DNA of 64,000 bases from Deltaproteobacteria bacterium (GTDB lineage: Bacteria; Desulfobacterota; Dissulfuribacteria; Dissulfuribacterales; QOAL01), in the NCBI GenBank assembly GCA_027067775.1, contig JAMOVK010000149.1:4379-68378 (forward strand), given 5' to 3'. Shown piece by piece: positions 32,438-41,459 of the stretch. A model generated the notes under the pieces. It was not told the origin of the DNA, did no database searches, and was given only the letters and a program-made list of their open reading frames with translations. The position numbers and the translations under genes are program-made. The first letter of the stretch is position 1. Each line of letters opens with the position of its first letter.

Positions 32438-33037
32438 TTACTTTTCCCCTACCTGATAACGAACAAAACGACGTATGGAGATGTTCTCTCCCATCTTTGC
32501 CACAAGCTCGTTAAGAAGATCCTGAATGGTCAGGTCTGGATCTTTTACATAAGGCTGCTCAAGCAGGCAGATTTCCTTAAGATATTTTTCAATCCTTCCC
32601 TCAACTATCTTATCAACTATATGCTCGGGCTTGCCAGATTCAAGGGCCTGCTGCCTGTAAATCTCCCTTTCCTTGTCCAGTACATCCTGTGGGGCATCCT
32701 CCCTCTTGATGCAAAGGGGATTTGTGGCAGCAATATGCATGGCAACATTCCTGGCAAACTCAACAAACTGGTCTGTCTTTGCCACAAAGTCGGTCTCACA
32801 GTTTACCTCCACCATAACGCCAAGCTTGTTGCCGGCATGAATATAGCTTTGCACCACGCCTTCGCTGGTAGCCCTTCCAGCCCTCTTTGCAGCAACTGCA
32901 AGACCCTTCTGACGCAGGTAATCCACAGCCTTGTCCATGTCTCCGTCACACTCCTGCAGGGCCTTTTTACAATCCATCATACCAGCATTGGTCCTTTCCC
33001 TAAGCTCCTTGACCATTGCAGCTGTTATCTTTGCCAT
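32438..33037 (-). CDS. tsf: translation elongation factor Ts (short form)
   Basis: [28 protein letters not shown]...LR.KG. Confidence 0.9.
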   Translation of the reverse strand: MAKITAAMVKELRERTNAGMMDCKKALQECDGDMDKAVDYLRQKGLAVAAKRAGRATSEGVVQSYIHAGNKLGVMVEVNCETDFVAKTDQFVEFARNVAMHIAATNPLCIKREDAPQDVLDKEREIYRQQALESGKPEHIVDKIVEGRIEKYLKEICLLEQPYVKDPDLTIQDLLNELVAKMGENISIRRFVRYQVGEK

Positions 33038-33175
33038 GATATCTCTACCTCCGTATCTTCATCATTGTGGGATAAAAATGTTTAAATGGCCGTTTAAGCC
33101 AACCTTAATGCAAAAACGGCATCTGATACACCATCACCTGGATGGCACTCTAAAAATCTGGATTACTCCAAACGG

Positions 33176-34018
33176 TTAAGCGGTTGTTTCTTTGACAACC
33201 TCTTGGGTAGCAGGTTCCTCACTGCGCACTGGCTCGGTATTGGACTGTGCTTCTGCCTGATCCACAGCCTGGCCCTGATCTTCAACGGCCTCTTCTTCCA
33301 CCTCTTTGTCAGTTGCGGCCTGAACTGCCTCTTCGTAAAGTTCCTTGCCCTTCAACACGGCATTGGCAATGAGAGAGGTGAGCAGCCTGATAGCCCTGAT
33401 TGCATCGTCGTTTCCCGGGATGATGTAATCTATTCCGTCTGGATCACAGTTGGTATCGACGATGGCAACAACAGGGATTCCTAGCTTGTTGGCCTCTTTA
33501 ATGGCAATCTGTTCATATCTAGAATCCACTACATAGAGTGCTGAAGGAAGGCCGTCCATGTCTTTGATACCACCAAGATTTCGCTCAAGTTTCTGCTTTC
33601 TCTTTTCAAGCTTAAGGATTTCCTTTTTGGGAAACCTTTCAATGGAGCCATCCTCAAACATGGATTCTATTCTCTTGAGCTTGTCTATGCTTTTGCTGAT
33701 GGTATGAAAATTTGTAAGCATGCCGCCTAACCACCTGTGGTTTACATATGGCATGCCGCATCTTGTGGACTCTTCATAGATGGACTCTTGCGCCTGCTTT
33801 TTTGTGCCAACAAAGAGAATGTTGCCTCCATTGGCAACCGTGTCCACTACAAACTCATAGGCGATCTTGAAAAGCCTGACCGTCTTTTGCAGGTCAATGA
33901 TGTAGATTCCATTTCTTGCTCCGAAGATATAGGGTTTCATCTTCGGGTTCCAGCGGCGGGTTTGATGACCAAAATGAACGCCAGCCTCAAGAAGCTGCTT
34001 CATAGTTACGTAAGCCAT
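33176..34018 (-). CDS. rpsB: 30S ribosomal protein S2 (with acidic C-terminal tail)
   Basis: [27 protein letters not shown]..; start placed at this Met (34018) rather than the track start 34093. The last ~50 aa are Glu/Asp/Gln-rich. Confidence 0.95.
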   Translation of the reverse strand: MAYVTMKQLLEAGVHFGHQTRRWNPKMKPYIFGARNGIYIIDLQKTVRLFKIAYEFVVDTVANGGNILFVGTKKQAQESIYEESTRCGMPYVNHRWLGGMLTNFHTISKSIDKLKRIESMFEDGSIERFPKKEILKLEKRKQKLERNLGGIKDMDGLPSALYVVDSRYEQIAIKEANKLGIPVVAIVDTNCDPDGIDYIIPGNDDAIRAIRLLTSLIANAVLKGKELYEEAVQAATDKEVEEEAVEDQGQAVDQAEAQSNTEPVRSEEPATQEVVKETTA

Positions 34019-34356
34019 AAAAAATCTCCTTTCTGTGGTTTGTTCTTCCGCCCCAAAACATAGCTTGCCTTTTAACCGAGCCAACGGCACCACAAGGCAA
34101 CTGGAGCGTGTTTTATCTGGATAAAGTGGCGTCTTTCTAACATCTTAAAACCGTTTTGACAAGTAAGTTGCCAACAAATCTCATAAAATCGTGAAAACCA
34201 TGAAATACAGACTGGCAAACTGACGCGACATCACGGGCCCGAAAGCAACGAATCATGCGCTGATTTGAAAGAAATCCGCCTTTGCATTCAAAAGGTATTG
34301 ACATTTTTAAAAGGAGGTTTATCTTAAATCAAACTTATAAGATAAATAGGATTAAA

Positions 34357-34575
34357 ATGGTAGAAAATATTTTAGTCGCTGGAACGGTAATAACTGCCTT
34401 TTACTTTATAGTCAGATTTATACTCAAGCGGCTTGCAGGAGGCAACCAGGCAAATCCTTGCCAAGGTTGCAGCAGCTGCGGCCTGGGATCAAGAAATCAT
34501 ACGGATGGTTGTCCAGGTGCGAATCTTGAACCAAAAGATGGCGTAAAGGCACCCAGTTCCAGGATAGATAATTAA
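34357..34575 (+). CDS. small Cys-rich membrane protein (72 aa; resembles FeoB-associated Cys-rich membrane proteins)
   Basis: MVENILVAGTVITAFYFIVRFILKRL (one TM helix) followed by CQGCSSCG..GC. Start chosen at the Met preceding the helix. The family resemblance is tentative. Confidence 0.4.
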   Translation: MVENILVAGTVITAFYFIVRFILKRLAGGNQANPCQGCSSCGLGSRNHTDGCPGANLEPKDGVKAPSSRIDN

Positions 34576-34771
34576 AGATTTTCCTAACTTACAAAAGGAC
34601 AGTAAAAAATGAAAAACCAAAGACCTAGAGTATGCATAAAGACTGGCCGTCCGGTTGTGCATGAGGTCATATGCAAGATGTGTCATCGCAGATGCCCCCA
34701 TGCGGGGAAACAGGGCAGAAGACGCAGCTCTTCCCCAAGGAGGGCATAGGACTGTTGGCTTATTTTTTTTC

Positions 34772-35710
34772 CTAAGAGCTCTTGACCCACTCAAGAATGA
34801 AGGTCGGCCTCTTGCGAACGGCCTGAAATATACGGCCTATATACTCTCCAAGCAGTCCCAAAGCAAAAAACTGACACCCCACAAGGAAAAAAAGCGCTGC
34901 GAAAAGGGTGAATACCCCCTCTGCAGCCCATCCTGGCCCATAGTAAAGTCTCAACCCAATAATTACTACAGCAGCGACCATTCCAAATAGGGCCATGAAC
35001 AGTCCCACAAAAAAAAGAATGCGAAGGGGCCACATGGAAAACCCTGTCATAAGATCAAGCTGAAGACCAAACAGTTTCAACAAGGAATACTTGGAACTAC
35101 CCCCAGCCCTTTCTTCATGACGAACGTAAATCTCTATGGGATTTCTTGCAAAAAACGTGGCAAGGGCAGGTATAAAGGTGCGATACTCGGGATTTTCAAG
35201 TATCCCCTTTACCACTTCCCTGCTGTAACCTCTCAGCATGCATCCAAAGTCATGAAGCGAGATACCAGATATCCTTGCAACGAGCCTGTTTGTGATTCTA
35301 GAGGCAATTTTTCTGAAACGGCTGTCTTGTCTTCCTTCCCTGATAGTACCAATAAGATCGTGCCCATTTTCAAACTGCTCAACAAGTTTGGGTATCTCTT
35401 CTGGAGGATTTTGAAGGTCGGCATCCATGGTTATGAGCCAGTCACCCCTTGCCCTTGAAAAACCGGCCATAACTGCTGCATGTTGGCCAAAATTTCTTGC
35501 AAGGTTGACAATTACAAGTCCTGACCTTCTTTTCAGCTCGCTTTCAAGGATTTCCAGGGTCTTGTCTGTTGACCCATCATTGATGCAGATGACCTCAAAG
35601 GGCATGTCAAGGCCCTGAAGCACAGGAAACAGCCTGTCAAAAAGAGGACAGATGTTATCCTCTTCGTTGTACATGGGAATTATTACAGAAAGAAGCCTTT
35701 TCTTTACCAT
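34772..35710 (-). CDS. family 2 glycosyltransferase, polyprenyl-phosphate sugar transferase type (GtrB/ArnC/DPM1-like)
   Basis: LSVIIPMYNEE.., ..INDGSTD.., ..MDADLQNPPEEI.. and two C-terminal TM helices. Confidence 0.85.
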   Translation of the reverse strand: MVKKRLLSVIIPMYNEEDNICPLFDRLFPVLQGLDMPFEVICINDGSTDKTLEILESELKRRSGLVIVNLARNFGQHAAVMAGFSRARGDWLITMDADLQNPPEEIPKLVEQFENGHDLIGTIREGRQDSRFRKIASRITNRLVARISGISLHDFGCMLRGYSREVVKGILENPEYRTFIPALATFFARNPIEIYVRHEERAGGSSKYSLLKLFGLQLDLMTGFSMWPLRILFFVGLFMALFGMVAAVVIIGLRLYYGPGWAAEGVFTLFAALFFLVGCQFFALGLLGEYIGRIFQAVRKRPTFILEWVKSS

Positions 35711-36711
35711 TTCTTTACAACAAGGAGGGATTCAAAGGCCTCCTTAAGTCTGATAAAGGATTCATGTTCTCCGCCCTTGTCGGGATGAAGTCTCTGGGCC
35801 TGTTTTTTGTAAAAACGCACAAACTCCCTTTCACTCATGCTGTCAAATTCTCTTTTTGACATTCCCATAACCCTGAGATTGTCTTCTTGAGTGTAAGAAG
35901 GTGTCTCTGATGAGGCGGCAGAAACATATTCCCTTCCCCAGGCTGTACCAGCCCCCTTGAATGCCACATCAAAGTAACGAATGGCATAGCGCCTGAGATA
36001 AGGGTGAAGGCCCACAAAAGAAACCGGACGCGCACCGGCGTCTAAATAAGAGGGGTCGGAATTCATGCGACAAAGCTCTTCTATGAAATAGTCATCCATA
36101 AGGCCCTGGTCTTGGGCATCAGGCACGAACCTGGAGAGCCTGCTGGAAAAACGTCCAGGAAGGGCAAAAATGGCATATACATATGCCTTTAGCTCCCATG
36201 GCCTAAGATCCATTTCCATGAACTTAAAATTTTGCTCCAACTCGTCTCTTGACTTGTTAAGGAGCCTGTTTAGAAAGACAAGGGGCTCGCCCATTAAAGG
36301 TTCTATATTTATTTGGAGAAACTTCAAAAAAAGCATCCTGCGCCTGTCAAAGGGGTGAATGGAACCCTGCATCTGCCTCAGTTCTTCCCTTGAAAAACGG
36401 CTTTTTTTACGCGAACCCCTGCCCCGGATGCCACCAAAGTCATCTATCCTCTGTCTAATCACCGGATCTATAAATGGCCAGAATATCTCTTCCAAGTCCG
36501 CATAATCGTATTTGATCCCCCTTTCATAAAGGGCATCCTCGATCTGGGAAGAGATAAGAAAGACCCGTTCGTCAATATACTCCACATACTCTTCTGGATC
36601 GCTTCCAAGATCAAACACGTCTGTACTTATCCAGACACCGTCCTTGTTCTTGGAGGAATGGCGAAGAAAGAATCGCACCCCTTCAGACTCTCTTTCCATT
36701 GCAAGATACAT
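35704..36711 (-). CDS. C-terminal J-domain protein with uncharacterised ~270-aa N-terminal region
   Basis: C-terminus ..FYKKQAQRLHPDKGGEHESFIRLKEAFESLL carries the HPD tripeptide of J domains. The stop overlaps the GT2 start (ATGGTAA). Confidence 0.7.
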   Translation of the reverse strand: MYLAMERESEGVRFFLRHSSKNKDGVWISTDVFDLGSDPEEYVEYIDERVFLISSQIEDALYERGIKYDYADLEEIFWPFIDPVIRQRIDDFGGIRGRGSRKKSRFSREELRQMQGSIHPFDRRRMLFLKFLQINIEPLMGEPLVFLNRLLNKSRDELEQNFKFMEMDLRPWELKAYVYAIFALPGRFSSRLSRFVPDAQDQGLMDDYFIEELCRMNSDPSYLDAGARPVSFVGLHPYLRRYAIRYFDVAFKGAGTAWGREYVSAASSETPSYTQEDNLRVMGMSKREFDSMSEREFVRFYKKQAQRLHPDKGGEHESFIRLKEAFESLLVVKKW

Positions 36712-36842
36712 AGACTATTTTTGTTGAGATCAAAAAGGTTTTATAATTAAATCGAATCAAGGTCCTTGGCACATTTAAGCTGCCTGACAAAATATATTCT
36801 GGCCTGGCAAAAGTAAAGCCAAAGGAAGGAGAGACAGCTACA

Positions 36843-37415
36843 ATGAAGGTAATAGCATTTAATGGAAGTGCAAGAAAAAACGGAAACACCCACACTCTTC
36901 TAGTCTCTGTACTGGAAAGGATCGAGGCTGCCTCCATTAAGACCGAACTGGTTTGGCTTGGAAACAAGCCGATTGGTGGTTGCGTGGCCTGCTACAAGTG
37001 CCTAAAAAACAAAGATGCTAGGTGTGCCCAGAATGATATAATAAACCACTACCTTCAATTGATGCTTGATGCAGACGGAATAATACTCGGGTCTCCAACC
37101 TATTTTGCCGATGTCTCCTCAAATATGAAGGCACTGATTGAAAGATGTGGCATGGTCAGCCGGGTAAACGGAGACCTGCTTAAAAGAAAGGTTGGAGCAG
37201 CAGTGGTTGCAGTGCGAAGAGCAGGAGCCTATCATGTCTTTAGCTCGCTTAACAGCTTTTTCCTGATTGGCCAGATGATTGTGGTCGGGTCTTCATACTG
37301 GAACCTCGGAAGAGGAAAGGATCCAGGTGAGGTAAGAGACGATCCCGAGGGCATGAAGACTATGAAGGACCTTGGCGATAACATGGCCTGGCTGATAAAA
37401 AGACTAAAAAAATGA
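36843..37415 (+). CDS. NADPH-dependent FMN reductase / iron-sulfur flavoprotein (Isf)-like protein
   Basis: MKVIAFNGSARKNGNT (flavodoxin-like fold), the compact Cys cluster GGCVACYKCLKNKDARC and GSPTYF. Confidence 0.75.
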   Translation: MKVIAFNGSARKNGNTHTLLVSVLERIEAASIKTELVWLGNKPIGGCVACYKCLKNKDARCAQNDIINHYLQLMLDADGIILGSPTYFADVSSNMKALIERCGMVSRVNGDLLKRKVGAAVVAVRRAGAYHVFSSLNSFFLIGQMIVVGSSYWNLGRGKDPGEVRDDPEGMKTMKDLGDNMAWLIKRLKK

Positions 37416-37684
37416 AGGCCAAAAGGTCAGTCATAATATTGAACAGGCTTGGCCTTCATGCAAGGCCAGCGTCTCGTTTTGCCAAGACTGCAAGTAATTT
37501 CGAGTCTGATATCTGGGTGGAAAAGGATGGCATTAGCGTGGACGGAAAGAGCATACTCGAGGTCCTTACGGTGTCATGTCCTTCTGGTAGCCAGATAACC
37601 ATAATGGCAGAAGGGCCGGACGCCACGGAAGCAGTAGAGGTACTTGCTGCCCTGGTAGCAGACAGGTTTGGAGAGATAGACTAG
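37412..37684 (+). CDS. ptsH: phosphocarrier protein HPr
   Basis: 90 aa. NRLGLHARPAS contains the active-site His. The ATG overlaps the upstream stop (ATGA). Confidence 0.9.
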   Translation: MKAKRSVIILNRLGLHARPASRFAKTASNFESDIWVEKDGISVDGKSILEVLTVSCPSGSQITIMAEGPDATEAVEVLAALVADRFGEID

Positions 37685-37764
37685 ATAGGCTGAAAAGATC
37701 CAAGATAAAAATTCTTTTACAGATTAACCTCTAACCTTAACTCTCAACAGGTAATATTCAAAAA

Positions 37765-39540
37765 GTGGACACATTTAAGGCAATAGCAGCGTCACCAGGC
37801 ATAGCCATTGGACAGGTCTTTCTTCTCAATCCGAAACGGATAAAGACCGTAAAGAGAAGGATCGGCCAGGAACAGGTCCAAAAAGAACAGGAACGTTTCC
37901 GGCAGGCTGTCTTGGCTGTAGAAGAACAGCTCAAGAAACTCATATCCGAGCTTCCGGAAGAAATTAAGGAGCACAGCAACATACTCAAGTCCCACATCCT
38001 GATGCTCAGGGACAAGATGGTCCACGACAGATGTCTGAGGCTCATTGAAAAAAGACAGGTCAATGCGGAATGGGCCCTTGAGCTTGCCATGGATGAGATC
38101 CAACAGCTATTTCGCACGGTTAAAGATACATACATCAGGGAAAGGCTAGAGGACATAGGGTTTGTGGTTAACAGGGTAAAGGCTGTTCTTGCAGGAACTG
38201 AAACAAGGCTGGATCTTTCATCCATAGAAGAACCTGTCATTATAGTGGCACGAAACCTTTCCCCAGCAGATACATTGCACATAAGCAAGGAAAAGGTGCT
38301 CGGCTTTGTGACAGAGCTTGGAAGCCGCACCTCTCATACAGCCATTCTGGCCAGATCCCTGGGCATCCCTGCGGTGGTTGGTCTTGATGACATCACCTCG
38401 AAATGCCTGTCCGGCGAGATGATGATAGTGGACGGGCTGAAGGGCCAGGTGGTTGTAGAACCAGACGAACAAACCCTCTCTGATTACAGGCTTAAACATG
38501 AAAAATACCTCAAGTACAGACTAGAGGTTATCCACAACAGCAATCTGCCGGCAGAGACAACAGATGGCTACAGGATAAAGGTAAAGGCCAATATGGAACT
38601 AGTGGAGGAAATACCCATTGTCATCCAACATGGTGCAGAAGGAGTGGGCCTTTTTAGAACCGAATTCCTCTACATGACCTCAAGGACCCTGCCCACCGAA
38701 GACCAGCTATTTTTTGCGTATAAGGAAGTTGTAGAGCGGCTCAAGCCATATCCTGTTACGATCAGGACACTGGATATAGGAGGAGACAAATTGGCCTCTG
38801 GTCTTAACTGTGAAGAGGAGATCAACCCTGCCCTTGGCCTCAGGGCCATCAGGTTCTGTCTGCGTGAAAAGGGCCTTTTCAGGGCCCAGCTTAGGGCTAT
38901 ACTAAGGGCTAGTGTCTTTGGAGATCTGAGGCTCTTGTTTCCAATGGTTTCTGGAAAACACGAGATGGTCCAGGTAAAAAGACTCCTTGGCCAGATAATG
39001 GACGAGCTTAAGGCCGAAGGCAAGCCCTTTAATAAAGACATCAAAATAGGCATAATGATAGAGGTGCCAACCGCGGTCCTTACCTCTGACATACTTGCCA
39101 AGGAGACAGACTTTTTCAGTATTGGAACAAACGACCTAATTCAGTACTCGCTGGCGATCGACAGGGTAAACGAGGCCGTGTGTCACCTGTACGAGCCGCT
39201 TCACCCAGGGGTGTTGAGGATGATCAAGATGACCGTTGATTCAGGTCACAAAGAGGGCATAGAGGTGGGCATGTGCGGTGAAATGGCAGGTGAACCCCTC
39301 TATGTGCCCATACTGCTTGGAATGGGTCTTGATGAGCTGTCCATGAACGCCATGGCCATTCCCAAAACAAAAAAAATAATAAGGCAGAGCAACCAGGAAG
39401 AATGTGCAGACTTTGTGCAGGAACTGCTAAGCCTGGATTCTGCCAGGATGGTTAGGGAAAAGGCCATTGAGTTTTTCAGGCAAAACTATTCTCCTGATAT
39501 GGAAACCATGGACCTTCTGGAACTCGGACTAAATATATAA
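37765..39540 (+). CDS. ptsI: phosphoenolpyruvate-protein phosphotransferase (PTS enzyme I)
   Basis: 591 aa. ..GSRTSHTAILARSLGIPAVVG.. holds the phospho-His. ..GLFRTEFL.., ..FFSIGTNDLIQY.., ..CGEMAG... Confidence 0.95.
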   Translation: MDTFKAIAASPGIAIGQVFLLNPKRIKTVKRRIGQEQVQKEQERFRQAVLAVEEQLKKLISELPEEIKEHSNILKSHILMLRDKMVHDRCLRLIEKRQVNAEWALELAMDEIQQLFRTVKDTYIRERLEDIGFVVNRVKAVLAGTETRLDLSSIEEPVIIVARNLSPADTLHISKEKVLGFVTELGSRTSHTAILARSLGIPAVVGLDDITSKCLSGEMMIVDGLKGQVVVEPDEQTLSDYRLKHEKYLKYRLEVIHNSNLPAETTDGYRIKVKANMELVEEIPIVIQHGAEGVGLFRTEFLYMTSRTLPTEDQLFFAYKEVVERLKPYPVTIRTLDIGGDKLASGLNCEEEINPALGLRAIRFCLREKGLFRAQLRAILRASVFGDLRLLFPMVSGKHEMVQVKRLLGQIMDELKAEGKPFNKDIKIGIMIEVPTAVLTSDILAKETDFFSIGTNDLIQYSLAIDRVNEAVCHLYEPLHPGVLRMIKMTVDSGHKEGIEVGMCGEMAGEPLYVPILLGMGLDELSMNAMAIPKTKKIIRQSNQEECADFVQELLSLDSARMVREKAIEFFRQNYSPDMETMDLLELGLNI

Positions 39541-39558
39541 AAATTGAATAGAGATATT

Positions 39559-40578
39559 ATGAATAATAAAAAGATACTTGTCACAGGTGGTTGCGGATTC
39601 ATAGGAACAAACTTCATTCGTCTGTTAATGAAAGAACGTGACTATCATGTCACAAATCTCGACGCCCTGACCTACGCAGGAAACCTTGAAAATCTGGCCG
39701 ACCTGGAAAAAAATCCTCGATACAGGTTTGTAAAAGGCCGCATAGAAGACGAAGGGCTTGTAGAATCTCTCATGAAAGAAGCAGAGGCGGTGGTGAACTT
39801 TGCTGCTGAAAGCCATGTTGACAGGTCTATAAAAAGCGCAAGGCCCTTCATAACGACAAATGTTATGGGCACCCAGGTCCTTCTTGACTGTTTCCGCAAG
39901 GCTGGCTGCCATGGTCCGTTTGTTCATGTATCCACCGACGAGGTTTATGGCAGCCTACAAAAGGAAGACCCTCCCTTTAGAGAAAACAACCATCTGCGTC
40001 CAAACAGCCCCTATTCTGCCTCAAAGGCCTCATCTGATCTTCTTTGCCGGGCGGCATGGAAGACCTTTCAGGTGCCGGTTATTATAACACGATGCTCCAA
40101 CAACTACGGCCCGTATCAGTTTCCTGAAAAACTGATACCCCTGATGATAATAAACTGTCTCCAGGGCAGGAAACTGCCCGTCTACGGAGACGGCCTCAAT
40201 ATCAGGGACTGGATATTTGTCAAAGACCACTGCAAGGGCGTGCTTTGTGCCCTTGAGAAAGGACGTCCTGGAGCCATTTACAATCTTGGTGGAAATTGTG
40301 AACTGACAAACCTTCAGGTGGTTGAGACCATATTGAGACTTCTTGGAAAGCCAAAGGACTTGATAGAGTTTGTTAATGACAGACCTGGCCATGACAGACG
40401 CTATGCCATGGATATCCGTTTGGCCCAAAGGGAACTGGACTGGAATCCTGAGACAGACTTTGAAACAGGAATGGAAAAAACCGTTAAGTGGTACATGGAC
40501 AATCAGAGCTGGTGGGAAAACATACTGTCAGGCCAGTACCGTTCCTACTATAAAGACCACTATGGCAGGGACTTATGA
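39559..40578 (+). CDS. rfbB: dTDP-glucose 4,6-dehydratase
   Basis: ILVTGGCGFIGTNF, ..STDEVYG.., ..YSASKA..D. Start taken at ATG 39559. Confidence 0.95.
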   Translation: MNNKKILVTGGCGFIGTNFIRLLMKERDYHVTNLDALTYAGNLENLADLEKNPRYRFVKGRIEDEGLVESLMKEAEAVVNFAAESHVDRSIKSARPFITTNVMGTQVLLDCFRKAGCHGPFVHVSTDEVYGSLQKEDPPFRENNHLRPNSPYSASKASSDLLCRAAWKTFQVPVIITRCSNNYGPYQFPEKLIPLMIINCLQGRKLPVYGDGLNIRDWIFVKDHCKGVLCALEKGRPGAIYNLGGNCELTNLQVVETILRLLGKPKDLIEFVNDRPGHDRRYAMDIRLAQRELDWNPETDFETGMEKTVKWYMDNQSWWENILSGQYRSYYKDHYGRDL

Positions 40579-41459
40579 GACCCAAGGCGGTTGTCACAGG
40601 TGCATCTGGCATGCTTGGAAAAGACCTTTCCAGGTCTTTAGAAAGGGATTTCCATGTAATTCCCCTTTCAAGGGCAGAGCTTGACATCACAGACATGGAT
40701 CAGGTGATGCATGTGCTTGGAGACACAACACCGGCTGTTGTTGTTAACTGTGCAGCCTTTACAAATGTGGACCTGTGTGAAAAAAAAAGAGAAAAGGCAT
40801 TTCTTGTAAATGCAAAAGGACCTGAAAACCTGGCTAAGGCGTGCAGTGCTATTGGTGCAAAACTTGTTCATATAAGTACCGATTACGTATTTGATGGCAT
40901 GTCCCAAAGACCGTACAGGGAAGAGGACCCAACAAACCCCATCAATGTTTATGGCCAGTCCAAGCTTAAGGGAGAGAATACCATTCAAAAACATAGTAAA
41001 GACTATTTGATTGTCAGAACCTCATGGCTGTTTGGCAAGGAAGGCCCTAACTTCATCAAAACCATGCTGGAGCTTTCCAAGGAAAGAAAAGAACTCCAGG
41101 TGGTTCATGACCAAAGAGGGCGACCAACATCTACAAAGGACCTTTCCAAGCATGTCTGCCAGCTTATAAGATATAATGCAACAGGGACTGTACACTGTGC
41201 TAACATCGGTACATGCACCTGGTTTGACCTGTGCTGTTTTGCCCTTGAAAAGGCCGGCATAGGAAATGTAAAAGTCACACCTGTAACATCCGACTGTTTT
41301 AAAAGGCCTGCAAGAAGGCCTGCCTATTCCGTCCTTGACCTCAAAAGATTCAAAAAGATCACAGGCGAATTACCACGGCCTTGGCAAGATGCAGTGCTTT
41401 CATACCTTAACGACACAGACAACCTTTGCCACAGCACTAAAGCCCCTGATGTTCAGTAA
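40575..41459 (+). CDS. rfbD: dTDP-4-dehydrorhamnose reductase
   Basis: VVTGASGMLG.., ..ISTDYVFDG.., ..YGQSKL.GE... 4-nt overlap with rfbB. Confidence 0.9.
   Translation: MRPKAVVTGASGMLGKDLSRSLERDFHVIPLSRAELDITDMDQVMHVLGDTTPAVVVNCAAFTNVDLCEKKREKAFLVNAKGPENLAKACSAIGAKLVHISTDYVFDGMSQRPYREEDPTNPINVYGQSKLKGENTIQKHSKDYLIVRTSWLFGKEGPNFIKTMLELSKERKELQVVHDQRGRPTSTKDLSKHVCQLIRYNATGTVHCANIGTCTWFDLCCFALEKAGIGNVKVTPVTSDCFKRPARRPAYSVLDLKRFKKITGELPRPWQDAVLSYLNDTDNLCHSTKAPDVQ

Noticed and set aside
31568-33085. 505-aa plus-strand ORF, the third-longest plus-strand frame in the window
   Set aside because: It is entirely antisense to frr, pyrH and tsf, whose identities are unambiguous. It has no SD, its composition is low-complexity (Ser/Leu/Cys/His-rich), and no motif is present. 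Long stop-free antisense frames are expected opposite highly expressed genes.
36805-36820. Sigma-54-type promoter (TGGCAA-N5-AAAGC) upstream of the flavoprotein-ptsH-ptsI operon
   Set aside because: The GG-N10-GC spacing fits, but the -12 element (AAGC versus the consensus TTGC) and the -24 flank are weak. A second nearby TGGCAC (36768) has the wrong spacing. This is not enough to call.
37758-38330. 190-aa minus-strand ORF
   Set aside because: It is antisense to the N-terminal domain of ptsI, Ser/Leu-rich, and has no recognisable motif.
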